Counted from the stretch's first letter, positions 17,040 to 26,657 are shown. The stretch is 64,000 nt of DNA from a virus (IMGVR_UViG_3300031992_000025:33932-97931); one strand, 5' to 3'. Program-made: numbers and translations. Notes: generated by a model from the letters alone, not told the origin.

Positions 17040-17345
17040 ATATTATATACAGGGGTGTAAGTTATGTAGTAGACCCGCGGTCTTCAACCTCGAAAGTTGC
17101 TATGAATGACTACGAAACTGGTGCCTTATATTGGAAACATTATAAGTGCAGGTGATGATATCGGTGAACCCTGTCAAATGGGAATACCGAGGGAACGAAA
17201 GGCCCGTAGAGAGTAGATAATCACCCAGCTAAACAGAAATGTATGCTGAAGATGTACTCCAGACCACAAACAGAAATGGTGGTGAAAACCATAGTGGTAA
17301 GCAAAACCGGGAAACTAGGTGCAAGCCCTAGCACCCCTGCCAATA
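17040..17345 (+). ncRNA. candidate structured ncRNA (about 300 nt)
   Basis: ORF-free, GC-richer; contains ACAGAAATGG...AAAACCGGGAAACTAGG segments; 3' end ...GCACCCCTGCCAA. Confidence 0.35.
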
Positions 17346-17355
17346 TTATTATTTT

Positions 17356-17574
17356 ATGGAAGAATCTTATAGTTTATTATTAGAAATGACTATTGTTGGA
17401 ATAATGTGTGGACTTGTAGTAGCATTCTGCATATTCTTCTGTATAAAATATCATAAAGATAAAAGTTATGAAAAAGCCAGAGCAATTATCTTAGGTGGAA
17501 CTATTGGATTATCTCTACTAACTACAATATTTGAGATAGTTTGGTTCTGTATGTATCTTGGCTTACCAGTTTAG
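17356..17574 (+). CDS. small membrane protein
   Basis: two predicted TM helices. Confidence 0.4.
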   Translation: MEESYSLLLEMTIVGIMCGLVVAFCIFFCIKYHKDKSYEKARAIILGGTIGLSLLTTIFEIVWFCMYLGLPV

Positions 17575-17724
17575 GAGAGAATTATGTTAGCTATTGAACT
17601 ATTTGCAATATATGGAATTGGATTAGGAATTTTAAACCTACTTACTCTTGGATTAATACTATTCCATAAAATTAAAAAAGATTAATATTAGCATATAATT
17701 ATTTGCTAAATTAAAATGAGTTTT

Positions 17725-17797
17725 GAGCCGCCTCGCTCAGAAAACGCCCCCTCTGATCAAGGAAATAGATCAGGTTAAAGGTGGCGGCCTTTTTTAT
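17725..17797 (+). promoter_or_regulatory. long-range hairpin plus U-tract (terminator or regulatory RNA) upstream of secreted-protein operon
   Basis: GAGCCGCC ... GGCGGCC-TTTTTTAT with internal hairpin CTGATC..GATCAG. Confidence 0.35.
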
Positions 17798-17835
17798 AAA
17801 GCCACTATGAATTTTATTGAAGGAGACTTAGAAAA

Positions 17836-18450
17836 ATGAAATTAAGAAACAAAATTGCTGCTATTACAGCAGCCGCCATGTTAGCATTCACAGGTGTTGG
17901 TTTTGCTGCATGGACATTTACACAAGAAAGAGCAGCTGAAGTTGCAGTTACTGATAGAGTTTCAGTAGGCATTGAATTAAATGATAACTTTAAACTTTAC
18001 AATGCTGATGACGATGCTGAGATTTCTAACCTTTATATTATTTGTGATGCACCAGCTTCAGAAAGCGGTATTCTCGCTGGCGAAGGAGTTTACTGGGCAA
18101 GTGATGCTGCAGGTGCAACAAAAGTAGATGATGTTTATCTTAAAGGTACTCTTAAAAAAGTTGAAGAAGACAATATTTTAGATAAAGCTTCTGTTACAGT
18201 TACATTTGGTGCAACACATTCAATGACATCTACATATATTACAATTGGTGCTTTTACAGCCCCAGCCAATGTTGATGTTACAGTTGCCAATAATGCAGAT
18301 GTTCAAAGTGCTGACTTTAATTTACCAACATTAGCATATGTTGCAGCTAAAATTCCACATTCTGTTGATGAATTAACTGCTATGAATACAGCTCTTGCAA
18401 CTGAATTATCTGGTGCAAAAGTTAGTTTTACTGCTCAAATTATTGCTTAG
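17836..18450 (+). CDS. secreted protein with SipW-cognate (TasA/camelysin-class) signal peptide
   Basis: MKLRNKIAAITAAAMLAFTGVGFAAWTFTQ: hydrophobic core followed by G-x-G-F-A-A-W-T-F motif; directly upstream of SipW-like peptidase. Confidence 0.5.
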   Translation: MKLRNKIAAITAAAMLAFTGVGFAAWTFTQERAAEVAVTDRVSVGIELNDNFKLYNADDDAEISNLYIICDAPASESGILAGEGVYWASDAAGATKVDDVYLKGTLKKVEEDNILDKASVTVTFGATHSMTSTYITIGAFTAPANVDVTVANNADVQSADFNLPTLAYVAAKIPHSVDELTAMNTALATELSGAKVSFTAQIIA

Positions 18451-18463
18451 TTAGGAGATTAAT

Positions 18464-19399
18464 ATGACATCAATTACGATTATAACAATAGTCGTAGTTG
18501 CACTCTTAACTGTTATAATCTTTGGTTTAGCTTGGTTAGGCTGGAGCTCTTGTATAAAGAGCTATAAAATGGAAGTCAGTCAAGGTAAATATGATGATGC
18601 TATTTTAAAAGAATATCATTCAAAGAAAAGTAAGTCAGGGCTAGTGGGAATTATATGTTCTTACCTAGCCCTCACTATTCTTGCTGGACTATTCATTACA
18701 GGAGTAGTCTACAAGGCACGAGGCGAAAACTTAGCAATCGGCAATCAAACAGCTCTTGTTATAAAAACAGGCTCGATGTCCGATTATTATGATAAAGACT
18801 TAGCTGATAAACATCCAGAATATAAAATATCACAGTTTGATATTGGAGATATTTGTATTTTTGAAACAAATTTTAATGACTTAGTTGAGGGTGAAGTCTA
18901 CGGCTATAAATATAAAGATATTATAATTACTCATAGATTGTGGAAATATAATCGAGAAACAGGTTGCTGTGAATTTAGAGGCGATAATAATTTTTATCCA
19001 GAAAATATTTCTGATGTAGCATATTATGGCACAGTCTATAGAGAAGATATTGTATATCATTATACAGGCAAAAAAATCCCATGTATTGGTGCATTTATTT
19101 TATATGCACAATCTATTTTTGGAATTTGGTCATTAGCCGGAATTATTGGTGTCGCAGTTAGTTCTGAAATTGTTTATTATCAAATAAATAAAATAAATAA
19201 GGCGAGAGATAACATAATCTATAAGCCAGAAGAAAAACCTATAGAAGAAGTAGAACAAGAGGAAAAACCAAAGAAAAAGCTTAAAGCAAAATTTAAGCGT
19301 AGAGATGGAACTCTTGTAGAAATATATGCTAAGGAACCAACAGCTGAGGCTCCTTCAAAGACTCACGAAGAAAAGGAGGGCGCTGAAGATGAGAAGTAA
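18464..19399 (+). CDS. sipW: ER/archaeal-type signal peptidase I (SipW/Sec11-like, S26B) with C-terminal Lys/Glu-rich extension
   Basis: N-terminal TM; VIKTGSMSDYY (Ser box), IITHRLW (HR box), RGDNNFYPENISD (GDNN box). Confidence 0.7.
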   Translation: MTSITIITIVVVALLTVIIFGLAWLGWSSCIKSYKMEVSQGKYDDAILKEYHSKKSKSGLVGIICSYLALTILAGLFITGVVYKARGENLAIGNQTALVIKTGSMSDYYDKDLADKHPEYKISQFDIGDICIFETNFNDLVEGEVYGYKYKDIIITHRLWKYNRETGCCEFRGDNNFYPENISDVAYYGTVYREDIVYHYTGKKIPCIGAFILYAQSIFGIWSLAGIIGVAVSSEIVYYQINKINKARDNIIYKPEEKPIEEVEQEEKPKKKLKAKFKRRDGTLVEIYAKEPTAEAPSKTHEEKEGAEDEK

Positions 19400-20327
19400 G
19401 TTATTGATTCCTATAATTACTCTTTTTGTTGGCGCTCTTCTTTTTGGGACTACTTATTCTGCTTGGGTATTCAATAATTCTAATAACGCAAATAATACTG
19501 TTCAGGTTGAAGTTCCAACTTGGACATTTGGTGATCAAGGCTTTGCTAAAATTGAGAATATTTCTGGTTTAAGCTATTTAACTGCTGAAAAAGAAGAAAC
19601 TATTACTCAAGGCAGTTCTGAGGCAGTTAGATTCACAAATACTGGTGGAACTCATGCAAGAGACCATATCTTCTATGTTGATTTAGATCAAGATTATAAC
19701 TTATATGATATAGCTACTTGCAAAATTGAATTTGATTATTATCATACTTATAAAAGGGAACAAAATACAAAAGGTTTTCCAAAACTTCAATTATTCCGTG
19801 ATGACATAGGCAGAGGAGCTGCCCAAGGTGGCGATGACACAATAACTGAAATTGCACCTTATGTTGTTACTAATATTGATGAAGACTGGTGGCATTTAGA
19901 ATATTATATTACTTCTATGTGTCCAACAGTTGCCGACCATCAAGATAAGCCACAATCAAATTATCAGATAAATAGAATTAAATTTACAGATAGAGGCATT
20001 TATGACTATGCTGATGTAACTGGCTGGTTCGTTATGGACAACTTAATGCTTACAAATGAACCAGGTGCTAGATTAGGTCTATTCAATAGAACTGCTGGTG
20101 ATACAGTTGGAAAATTCTTCTGGTTTAAAGTCGCTTGGTCAGGTGATTTACATTCTTGCATTCTTACAACAAGTGATACAAGTTTGGCTGTTTGGGATGA
20201 TGAATCTACAAAGAGTCCATTCTATGTTAAGCTTCTTGCGAGAGGACAAGTCACTATTACAGCAACTCTTGAAATTGGAAGTAATCACGAAATATTTACA
20301 ATTTCTAATACAATTACAATAAGTTAA
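19388..20327 (+). CDS. secreted protein with SipW-cognate signal peptide (second candidate substrate)
   Basis: MRSKLLIPIITLFVGALLFGTTYSAWVFNN: same G-T-T-Y-S-A-W-V-F motif; start overlaps sipW stop. Confidence 0.5.
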
Positions 20328-20477
20328 TCGTATAATATAATGTAACTGCCACACATTGCCGCCGTGGTCGGAAAAGAGAATTGATCATCTCTAAGTACTG
20401 GATAAGGGCGGGTCTAGCCAAACGGTGCACAAAATTCTGGAAATACAAAAGGCGATCCATAAAGCAACAGTTACAAT

Positions 20478-20503
20478 AAAAGAGCTTAAATAAGCTCTTT
20501 TTT
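20478..20503 (+). terminator. rho-independent terminator
   Basis: AAAAGAGCTTAAATAAGCTCTTTTTT. Confidence 0.6.
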
Positions 20504-20534
20504 AATTGTATAATATAAATGAGGTTTATTTTAT

Positions 20535-20807
20535 ATGAAAAAGAAAGACATTATTGATTTAATTACAGCTCATTATGAAGATGACCCAAGATTGTTTTTC
20601 CATAAAACTATTGAGGTTTTAAAGGAATTTCAAGAAAATGGTGATGATGCCTTAATTCAACATTTAGACTTCATTCTTAAGAGTAAAGTTAAAATTGCCC
20701 CTAAGAGAGAGGTTAGAAAATTAGAAGATTTGCACGAAGAAATTTCTTTCGACGAAGCCAAGAAGCTTGGTTGGATATTTGTTCCACAGGAGAGTAATAA
20801 TGAGTAA
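20535..20807 (+). CDS. hypothetical protein
   Basis: RBS AATGAGGTTTATTTTAT-ATG after promoter. Confidence 0.45.
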   Translation: MKKKDIIDLITAHYEDDPRLFFHKTIEVLKEFQENGDDALIQHLDFILKSKVKIAPKREVRKLEDLHEEISFDEAKKLGWIFVPQESNNE

Positions 20808-21105
20808 AAATTATTCACCAGAAATTATTAAAAGATTTCTTGAAGATGATAAGCCAAGTATTTTTGTTTTAAAAGATGATAGTGTTTATATCGGGATATT
20901 AAGGCCTGGATATGGTCGTGGGCATGTTCATTGTGTAGCACCTACTATCAATGATGGCGGCATGGGTTTTCCAAGAAGTTATATTAAACAAATTATTTTA
21001 TTTAATGGTTTAATTTACCCCAAAGAAGAAAATGGTCCGCACAAAATATTAAATATTTTAGAGCTAAATGAATTAGTAAATAAAGCCGGCTATGAGTTTA
21101 TTTAA
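20800..21105 (+). CDS. hypothetical protein
   Basis: ATG overlapping previous gene end. Confidence 0.45.
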   Translation: MSKNYSPEIIKRFLEDDKPSIFVLKDDSVYIGILRPGYGRGHVHCVAPTINDGGMGFPRSYIKQIILFNGLIYPKEENGPHKILNILELNELVNKAGYEFI

Positions 21106-21179
21106 AAATTTTTAAAATTTCTCAAAAAATATTCGCTAAAATAATACACAGCAAAAAAATTAAAAATTTGCTGTATAAT

Positions 21180-24130
21180 ATATAGTTAGTTACAGAGTAA
21201 TCTGTTTCTATAAGAGCTTAAAAAGCACCTGCACTATTAGGAACTCCCGAAAAGCCGAAAGTGAGGCTGTCGAAAGGCTAAGCGACTATAAATAAAATTT
21301 ACGTTAACATTAAGACCCGAAGAGTACTCACATCGACGGGCACTGCCGAAAGGCACTTAAAGGTGGGTTGGGGTTAAAGTTGTCTACCAATGTGAGAAAA
21401 ACAACTGCTTCCTTGGCTAATTTAGTCCGGTAGGAAGTTAATATAGTTTAGGTGGCCCAGGAGGTATTTAATTTCCCTCTCCCCAGAAAACTTGAGGTCA
21501 CCAGCCTATAATCAGGTATAGCTATGGCGCCTGGAATACTATCATTCTCGATAGTATAGTTTAAGAGGCTGCGTAATGCCGCCAACCCGTTGAGGTTATC
21601 TCTGGCGGGTTATGTAGAGCCGGAGTATTTACCGACTGGACCTGAGCAAATTGTCCACCTACTTAATTAAACTGCTCATTTTTCTTAAAAATCGATCGCA
21701 CTTCAGGGCACTTCCGCCTGTCCTAAGCATGACGTTAAACTGCAAATAATTTTTAGGAGGCGCTTATGAAGTATTACGTATTAGATGGCGAAATTAATAC
21801 TCGCCCTATTAAGGAAAAAATGTTCCGTTCAAGAGCTGCCGCTGAAAAAGCATTAGAAGTTATTCTCTATAGAGAGGACCTTCAAGTTCAAGACGACAGA
21901 TTTCCTTCAAAGCACACCGAAGAATTCGTGTGTGACAGATGCTCTAGATTCTTCATTCGTAGAATTGTCTACGGTGAGTAGAGCCTAGGTCAAGACACAA
22001 ACTAATTGGCCCAGTAATGGGAAAATGGAAAATCCGAAATCGTGGATTATACAGAGACTAGCGATCAAAGTTAGTTAGAAAGTCTTGATTTCTTAGTTAG
22101 TTACACGTTCGCGTGTTTCTATAAAACTTCCTGAAAATCTTTGGATAAAAACCAAAGCGAATGACTGCACAAGTTGTATTGAGTGCTTTCACGAGAAAAG
22201 GTACACTGGGATGCATGGGAAGTAAAATGTGATGCACCAGTAATTGTCGGTGGCGATATAAAACCGTTCAGCAGAGATACAACTCTTGACTGATAAAGGC
22301 CTTGTTGATGGGTGAGGTTAGTTACCTCTTCAGGTAGAAATGAATCAACTAATCTGCTCTCTTGCCGACTATTTTGGGTTAGACAGGCAAGTATAACAAA
22401 AGTTATAGTCTTAGCCCATGAGTTTATTAATTACATAGTAATATGTGATTATATATGAACGGCGCTTGCTTAGGCCTTAACAACTTAAGCTGGTGAGCAT
22501 TCAAGACAACTACGTTAAGTGAGTATTCTGAGGCATAATGAAATCTCACATATTCAGCGCTGATTGCCGACAAGTCATATGACTGGACATGAGCTTGTCC
22601 TTGAAAAGGCACAACGGGGTTTGGTGAGATGTCCACAACCAGTTATTAAAATCACTTGGGCAAAAATAAGCATAAGCCCATTAACAACGAGGGCACGTTG
22701 TAAAATAACGAGTTTAGCCGAGTCTTATAGACGGTATGGAGTCTGATATAAACCCATGCAACCCACATTCTTTATAGGAGGTATGGAACGCTAGAATAAA
22801 TACTTTGGGATCTAGCAATCTGGCCGACCTAATGGGTAGTTCAAGGTGTAACTCCTTGATTGGTCTCAAAAAGCCCACGTAGCAGTAACCAGGGCTAATA
22901 CTAAGACGTCAAAACGTGAAAGAGCCTGCTACACTGACATAGGATTCATTCCGAGTTGTGACCGCTTGAAAGCTGGCGGGAATGCACTGTGATGCACGTC
23001 AAAAATTCTCACAGACCTGCACAAGGCTAAGTGCTAAAAAATGTCCAGGCTTTTAGAAGGAAAACTATAAACCTCCAGGTGGCTCCTGGGTAAACTGTAA
23101 GAAACAAGCTGCCTTTAAACAGTATAAAGATTAGGGGTGCAGAACTATCGCTGAAGTTAGCCTGTAGGCAAAGCGTCAATATGATGTGTCAAAGTTGGTT
23201 GGTAAGAGCCTAATTCCGTTAATCGCAAGGAATGACTGCAATAATATACTTTGGTTTGGAATGACACAGTAATGAACCTAAAAACCCAACATGACAGTGC
23301 ATTATTTAATCGGATTTTGTCACCATGTAAATAATAATGCTTCGGGAAAGTGAACGAACTAGGAGCCCCCTCGCGCATTAAGTTGTATGCCAACGGCTGA
23401 GCATTAGAAATAATGTGAGGTGCATATTATTGCCGAGCATAGAGGAGATTGCCGATACCTCGACCAGGATATGGAAAGCAAAGTAGGGATGTGGATGTTC
23501 ACCAAGAAACTCTTTTAGATAAAATCGTGATTGTGGGTTTGGAGTTTCAAAGGTAATTATGCCTAATTAAGTAGATTAAAGAGTTTGGTCTCTGGGACGG
23601 CCATAGTGCTTAATTGAAAATAATAAATAGTTCCACCACCCAGTACTGAATGTTGTTTGATTAATTGTGATTGCCGCTGGACATGACGAAGGAGAGACAG
23701 CAATTAATTAAGTAAGTGGACTATCTCAGCCTATTAAACGCTAGTTTAGTTTAAAGCTATTAATTAATAGGTAATTAACAGAACTTAGTATTCTGTATAA
23801 AGAGATTAAAGCCGGGGAACTCCAGGACAGGTTTTATGAGTATCTTGCTAAGAAGAGAAAATAATGTAAAAAGGCCTGAGTAAGTTTAATCACCTGCAAT
23901 TTGGGGTTGAGCCCAGTTAGAAAACGTTAGTCAAAGTTAACGCTCTAACAATGCTTATTAATTTATTTGCCTGAGGCTATCTCACGCAGATTAATAAGAA
24001 GAGCCCAAGAAAATAGGGACCGAAAGGAAAAATATCCAACTTTGAACTCTTTTATATAAGAATAGTCTTAGCTAGTGAGTAGAGGGCTAAGATGAGGCAA
24101 AGCATGCGTGTGATAAGCCATTAAACTCTA
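21180..24130 (+). ncRNA. roughly 3-kb ORF-free, GC-enriched block: candidate giant structured ncRNA(s)
   Basis: promoter TGCTGTATAATATAT at 21170; stops in all six frames throughout; GC clearly above the about 30% genome background; only one short ORF (21766-21981) with RBS; ends at terminator near 24160. Confidence 0.45.
21766..21981 (+). CDS. small ORF (71 aa) embedded in the noncoding block
   Basis: RBS AGGAGGCGCTT-ATG; CDRCSRFF motif. Confidence 0.3.
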   Translation: MKYYVLDGEINTRPIKEKMFRSRAAAEKALEVILYREDLQVQDDRFPSKHTEEFVCDRCSRFFIRRIVYGE

Positions 24131-24157
24131 TTTTTTTATTTACTAGTAAAAATTTTA

Positions 24158-24188
24158 AAGGCCTATTTATATAGGTCTTTTTATTTTA
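24158..24188 (+). terminator. rho-independent terminator
   Basis: AAAGGCCTATTTATATAGGTCTTTTTATTTT. Confidence 0.55.
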
Positions 24189-24209
24189 TTTATTGTATAA
24201 TATTATAAT

Positions 24210-24395
24210 ATGGTTTTCAATTATAGAGTTATTTGGACAGATATAAATAAAAATAGGCAGGATTTTGTAGATATGGATTCACAAAATATTGCACTTTTTA
24301 TAGCAAAACAAAAAGTGAGACAAGGTATGCAAAATGTTATTATTCAACTTACACTAGTTGGAGACTATGATAAGCAAGAGGAGATAGAAGTATAA
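24210..24395 (+). CDS. hypothetical protein
   Basis: follows promoter TTGTATAATATTATAAT. Confidence 0.4.
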   Translation: MVFNYRVIWTDINKNRQDFVDMDSQNIALFIAKQKVRQGMQNVIIQLTLVGDYDKQEEIEV

Positions 24396-24396
24396 T

Positions 24397-24708
24397 ATGA
24401 AATTTATTAAAAAACCAATTCCAATTGATGCAGTTAAATGCATTAAAGAAAATGAAGATGAAATTATTAGTCTTTTAGAGTCAGGAACTACAGAATGGGA
24501 AAAAGTATTAGATGATGATTATAATGTTATTGGATTTAATATTCATTCTTGGGAAGGTGTAGATCCAGTCTATTATGATTTTAGTAAAAATAAAAATAGT
24601 GGCGGAAAAGCTTACTGGGTTATTAAAGGGTTAAAAGGTGAGTGCTACCCTTGTGTAGCAGATGATGCTGAAGATGCTCCTCTTGGGTACGAGCTCTTTA
24701 AAGAATAA
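24397..24708 (+). CDS. hypothetical protein
   Basis: translationally coupled (TAATATG). Confidence 0.4.
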   Translation: MKFIKKPIPIDAVKCIKENEDEIISLLESGTTEWEKVLDDDYNVIGFNIHSWEGVDPVYYDFSKNKNSGGKAYWVIKGLKGECYPCVADDAEDAPLGYELFKE

Positions 24709-24822
24709 TTAAAAAAATATTTACAAAAAATAAAAAATATCGTATAATATTAATGTGAATGAAAAAACATTCGCTAAATTAAATAAGTGAATTGCAAACT
24801 AATATATAACAAAGCAATTCAC

Positions 24823-24895
24823 AAGAGCCTATACTTATTTCTACAAATAAAAATGAAGATCTAAGAACAAAGCTAGTTAGGCCAAAGTAAAAATT
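24823..24895 (+). repeat. bipartite bulged-helix motif copy 7
   Basis: AGAGCCTATACTTATTTCT ... AGTTAGGCCAAAG; preceded by 9-bp hairpin GTGAATTGC..GCAATTCAC. Confidence 0.65.
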
Positions 24896-25035
24896 TTAAG
24901 AAAAAGGAGAAAAGAAGCATGTTAAATTTAGTTGCTAAGACAGTTAAACCTACAGCAACAGCCAGACCAGCAGTCTTGGTAAATTTTGATATGCTTACAA
25001 ACTTCTAAAATCTTAAAAACCGAAATTAAAAGATT

Positions 25036-25066
25036 CCGCAGGCGTTTGTAAGCGTCTGCGGTTTTT
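25036..25066 (+). terminator. rho-independent terminator
   Basis: CCGCAGGCG-TTTGTAA-GCGTCTGCGG-TTTTT. Confidence 0.65.
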
Positions 25067-25072
25067 ATTTCT

Positions 25073-25150
25073 GGGGGCGCATGTTCTAAGGGCAAGCGAG
25101 ACTGCTTTGCAAGCAGACTGTTGTGGGTTCGATTCCCTTCGTTTCCACCA
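25073..25150 (+). tRNA. tRNA-Ala(TGC)-like
   Basis: acceptor GGGGGCG/CGTTTCC with G3-U70 wobble, anticodon loop TTTGCAA, enlarged D region. Confidence 0.5.
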
Positions 25151-25203
25151 ATATGTAATAATATTTGCAGCGCAAGTTGTGTCCCAAATATTTGCTAAAT
25201 TAA

Positions 25204-25217
25204 TTGTATAATATAAT
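25204..25217 (+). promoter_or_regulatory. extended -10 promoter TTGTATAATATAAT
   Basis: upstream of HNH endonuclease gene. Confidence 0.55.
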
Positions 25218-25229
25218 GAGGCATTTATT

Positions 25230-25835
25230 ATGAGAAAAACAATTGATGATATTAAAAAACAAATTTGGGAGAATTCATTGCATACCTGTGAATATTTAAG
25301 TGGTGAAGCAAAACCAGGTAAAAAAATTCATGTAAGATGCATAATTCATAATGAAGAGTTTGATGTAAGTTATGATACTATTCGTAAATCTACTAGAAAA
25401 CATCATATTTGTCCTAAATGTAAAGCTGAAGATGATGCAAAAGATAAGGTAAAACTTATTTGCGATTATTGTGGTAAAGAGTATTATGTTGCAAAAAGTA
25501 AGTCTACTAAATCAGATTATCATTTCTGTTGTAGAGCTTGTAAAGATTCTGCACAAAAGATTAATTCTGGAGAAAAATTTAATGAATTAAGACCAGATCA
25601 TTATGGAACTGGAACAACAACTTACAGAGATGCAGCATTTATAGCTTATCCACATAAATGTGCAATTTGTGGTTGGGCTGAGGATGAAGATGTGCTTGAA
25701 GTTCATCATATTGATGAAAATAGAGCAAATGCAAGTTTAGACAATTTAATTATATTATGTCCAACTTGTCATAGAAAATTATCTATTCATAAATATTATC
25801 TTACTGATGATAGAAAAAGCATTATTAAAAAATAA
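25230..25835 (+). CDS. HNH homing endonuclease with Cys-rich zinc-binding N-terminal region
   Basis: EVHHIDENRANASLDNLIILCPTCH (HNH motif); multiple CxxC pairs. Confidence 0.65.
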   Translation: MRKTIDDIKKQIWENSLHTCEYLSGEAKPGKKIHVRCIIHNEEFDVSYDTIRKSTRKHHICPKCKAEDDAKDKVKLICDYCGKEYYVAKSKSTKSDYHFCCRACKDSAQKINSGEKFNELRPDHYGTGTTTYRDAAFIAYPHKCAICGWAEDEDVLEVHHIDENRANASLDNLIILCPTCHRKLSIHKYYLTDDRKSIIKK

Positions 25836-25846
25836 TGTAAATTTAT

Positions 25847-25923
25847 GGGCTATTAGTTCAGTCTAGGAGAACGCCCGCCCTGCAAGCGGGAGGTCATCGG
25901 AGCGGAGCCGATATGGTCCACCA
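25847..25923 (+). tRNA. tRNA-Ala(TGC)-like with atypical T-loop
   Basis: acceptor GGGCTAT/ATGGTCC incl. G3-U70, anticodon stem CCCGC/GCGGG loop CCTGCAA, T-loop AGCGGAG. Confidence 0.4.
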
Positions 25924-25927
25924 AATT

Positions 25928-26001
25928 GCCCCTGTAGTACAATGGTAGTACAGTTGACTTGTAATCATCCGATGGCCGTTCGATTCGACCCTGGGGCACC
26001 A
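25928..26001 (+). tRNA. tRNA-Thr(TGT)
   Basis: acceptor GCCCCTG/CTGGGGC, anticodon loop CTTGTAA. Confidence 0.7.
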
Positions 26002-26005
26002 AAAT

Positions 26006-26081
26006 GGGGCTGTAGCTCAATTGGGAGAGCGCCGCGTTAGCATCGCGGAGGTTGCGGGATCGTTCCCCGTTAGTTCCACCA
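26006..26081 (+). tRNA. tRNA-Ala(AGC), A34
   Basis: anticodon stem CCGCG/CGCGG loop TTAGCAT; acceptor GGGGCTG/TAGTTCC with G3-U70. Confidence 0.5.
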
Positions 26082-26166
26082 ATTCATGCCATGGAAGGAA
26101 AACCATATAAACCCTTACAGCTTCGTTAATATCAGACGTAGGTATTAAAGAGTTAAGCTGAATTAT

Positions 26167-26243
26167 CCGGAGTTAGTTCAGCTTGGTAGAACACCTGATT
26201 TGGGATCAGGGGGTCGTGGGTTCGAATCCCGCATTCCGGACCA
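26167..26243 (+). tRNA. tRNA-Pro(TGG)
   Basis: anticodon stem CCTGA/TCAGG loop TTTGGGA, acceptor CCGGAGT/ATTCCGG. Confidence 0.75.
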
Positions 26244-26247
26244 TTAT

Positions 26248-26370
26248 AGAACCTGTGCTTATTTCTAATAGGGCAAGCAGGTTGTCGCTGGTTCGAATCC
26301 AGCCTTCTCCACCATTAATTGGGGAAGTAGCTCAGTTGGTAGAGCACCCGCAAAATATTAGCCAGGTCAT
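26248..26370 (+). repeat. bipartite bulged-helix motif copy 8 enclosing permuted tRNA halves (3' half, linker, 5' half)
   Basis: AGAACCTGTGCTTATTTCT + T-arm GCTGG-TTCGAAT-CCAGC + CTTCTCC-A-CCA (ends 26314) + TTAATT + GGGGAAG-TA-GCTC-AGTTGGTA-GAGC-A-CCCGC (26321-26351) + partner GCCAGGT (26361-26367); acceptor strands GGGGAAG/CTTCTCC fully complementary (G3-U70). Confidence 0.65.
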
Positions 26371-26373
26371 ATT

Positions 26374-26449
26374 GCACCTTTAGCTCAGTTGGGAGAGCAT
26401 ATCCTTGACGTGGATAGGGTCGTAGGTTCGAGCCCTGCAAGGTGCACCA
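26374..26449 (+). tRNA. tRNA-Val(GAC)
   Basis: anticodon stem TATCC/GGATA loop TTGACGT. Confidence 0.75.
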
Positions 26450-26453
26450 TTAT

Positions 26454-26531
26454 GCTCCTCTAGCCCAACTGGCAGAGGCGGTAAGCTCAAACCTTACTTA
26501 TGTCTCGGTTCGAATCCGAGGGGGAGTACCA
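26454..26531 (+). tRNA. tRNA with anticodon CAA but short (type I) variable arm
   Basis: anticodon stem GTAAG/CTTAC loop CTCAAAC; acceptor GCTCCTC/GGGGAGT with G-U pairs. Confidence 0.45.
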
Positions 26532-26576
26532 AAAATGCAAAATTTGCAAAAATGTTATACTAAAGGAGAAAAAGTT

Positions 26577-26657
26577 ATGATGCAAATGAACAGAAAAAAT
26601 ATCAAGAGCAGAAAAACCAAAAGATTTGGTTCATTTAGTCATGGCTTAATTCATTAA
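26577..26657 (+). CDS. micro-ORF (26 aa, basic)
   Basis: RBS AAAGGAGAAAAAGTT-ATG; followed by terminator. Confidence 0.25.
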   Translation: MMQMNRKNIKSRKTKRFGSFSHGLIH

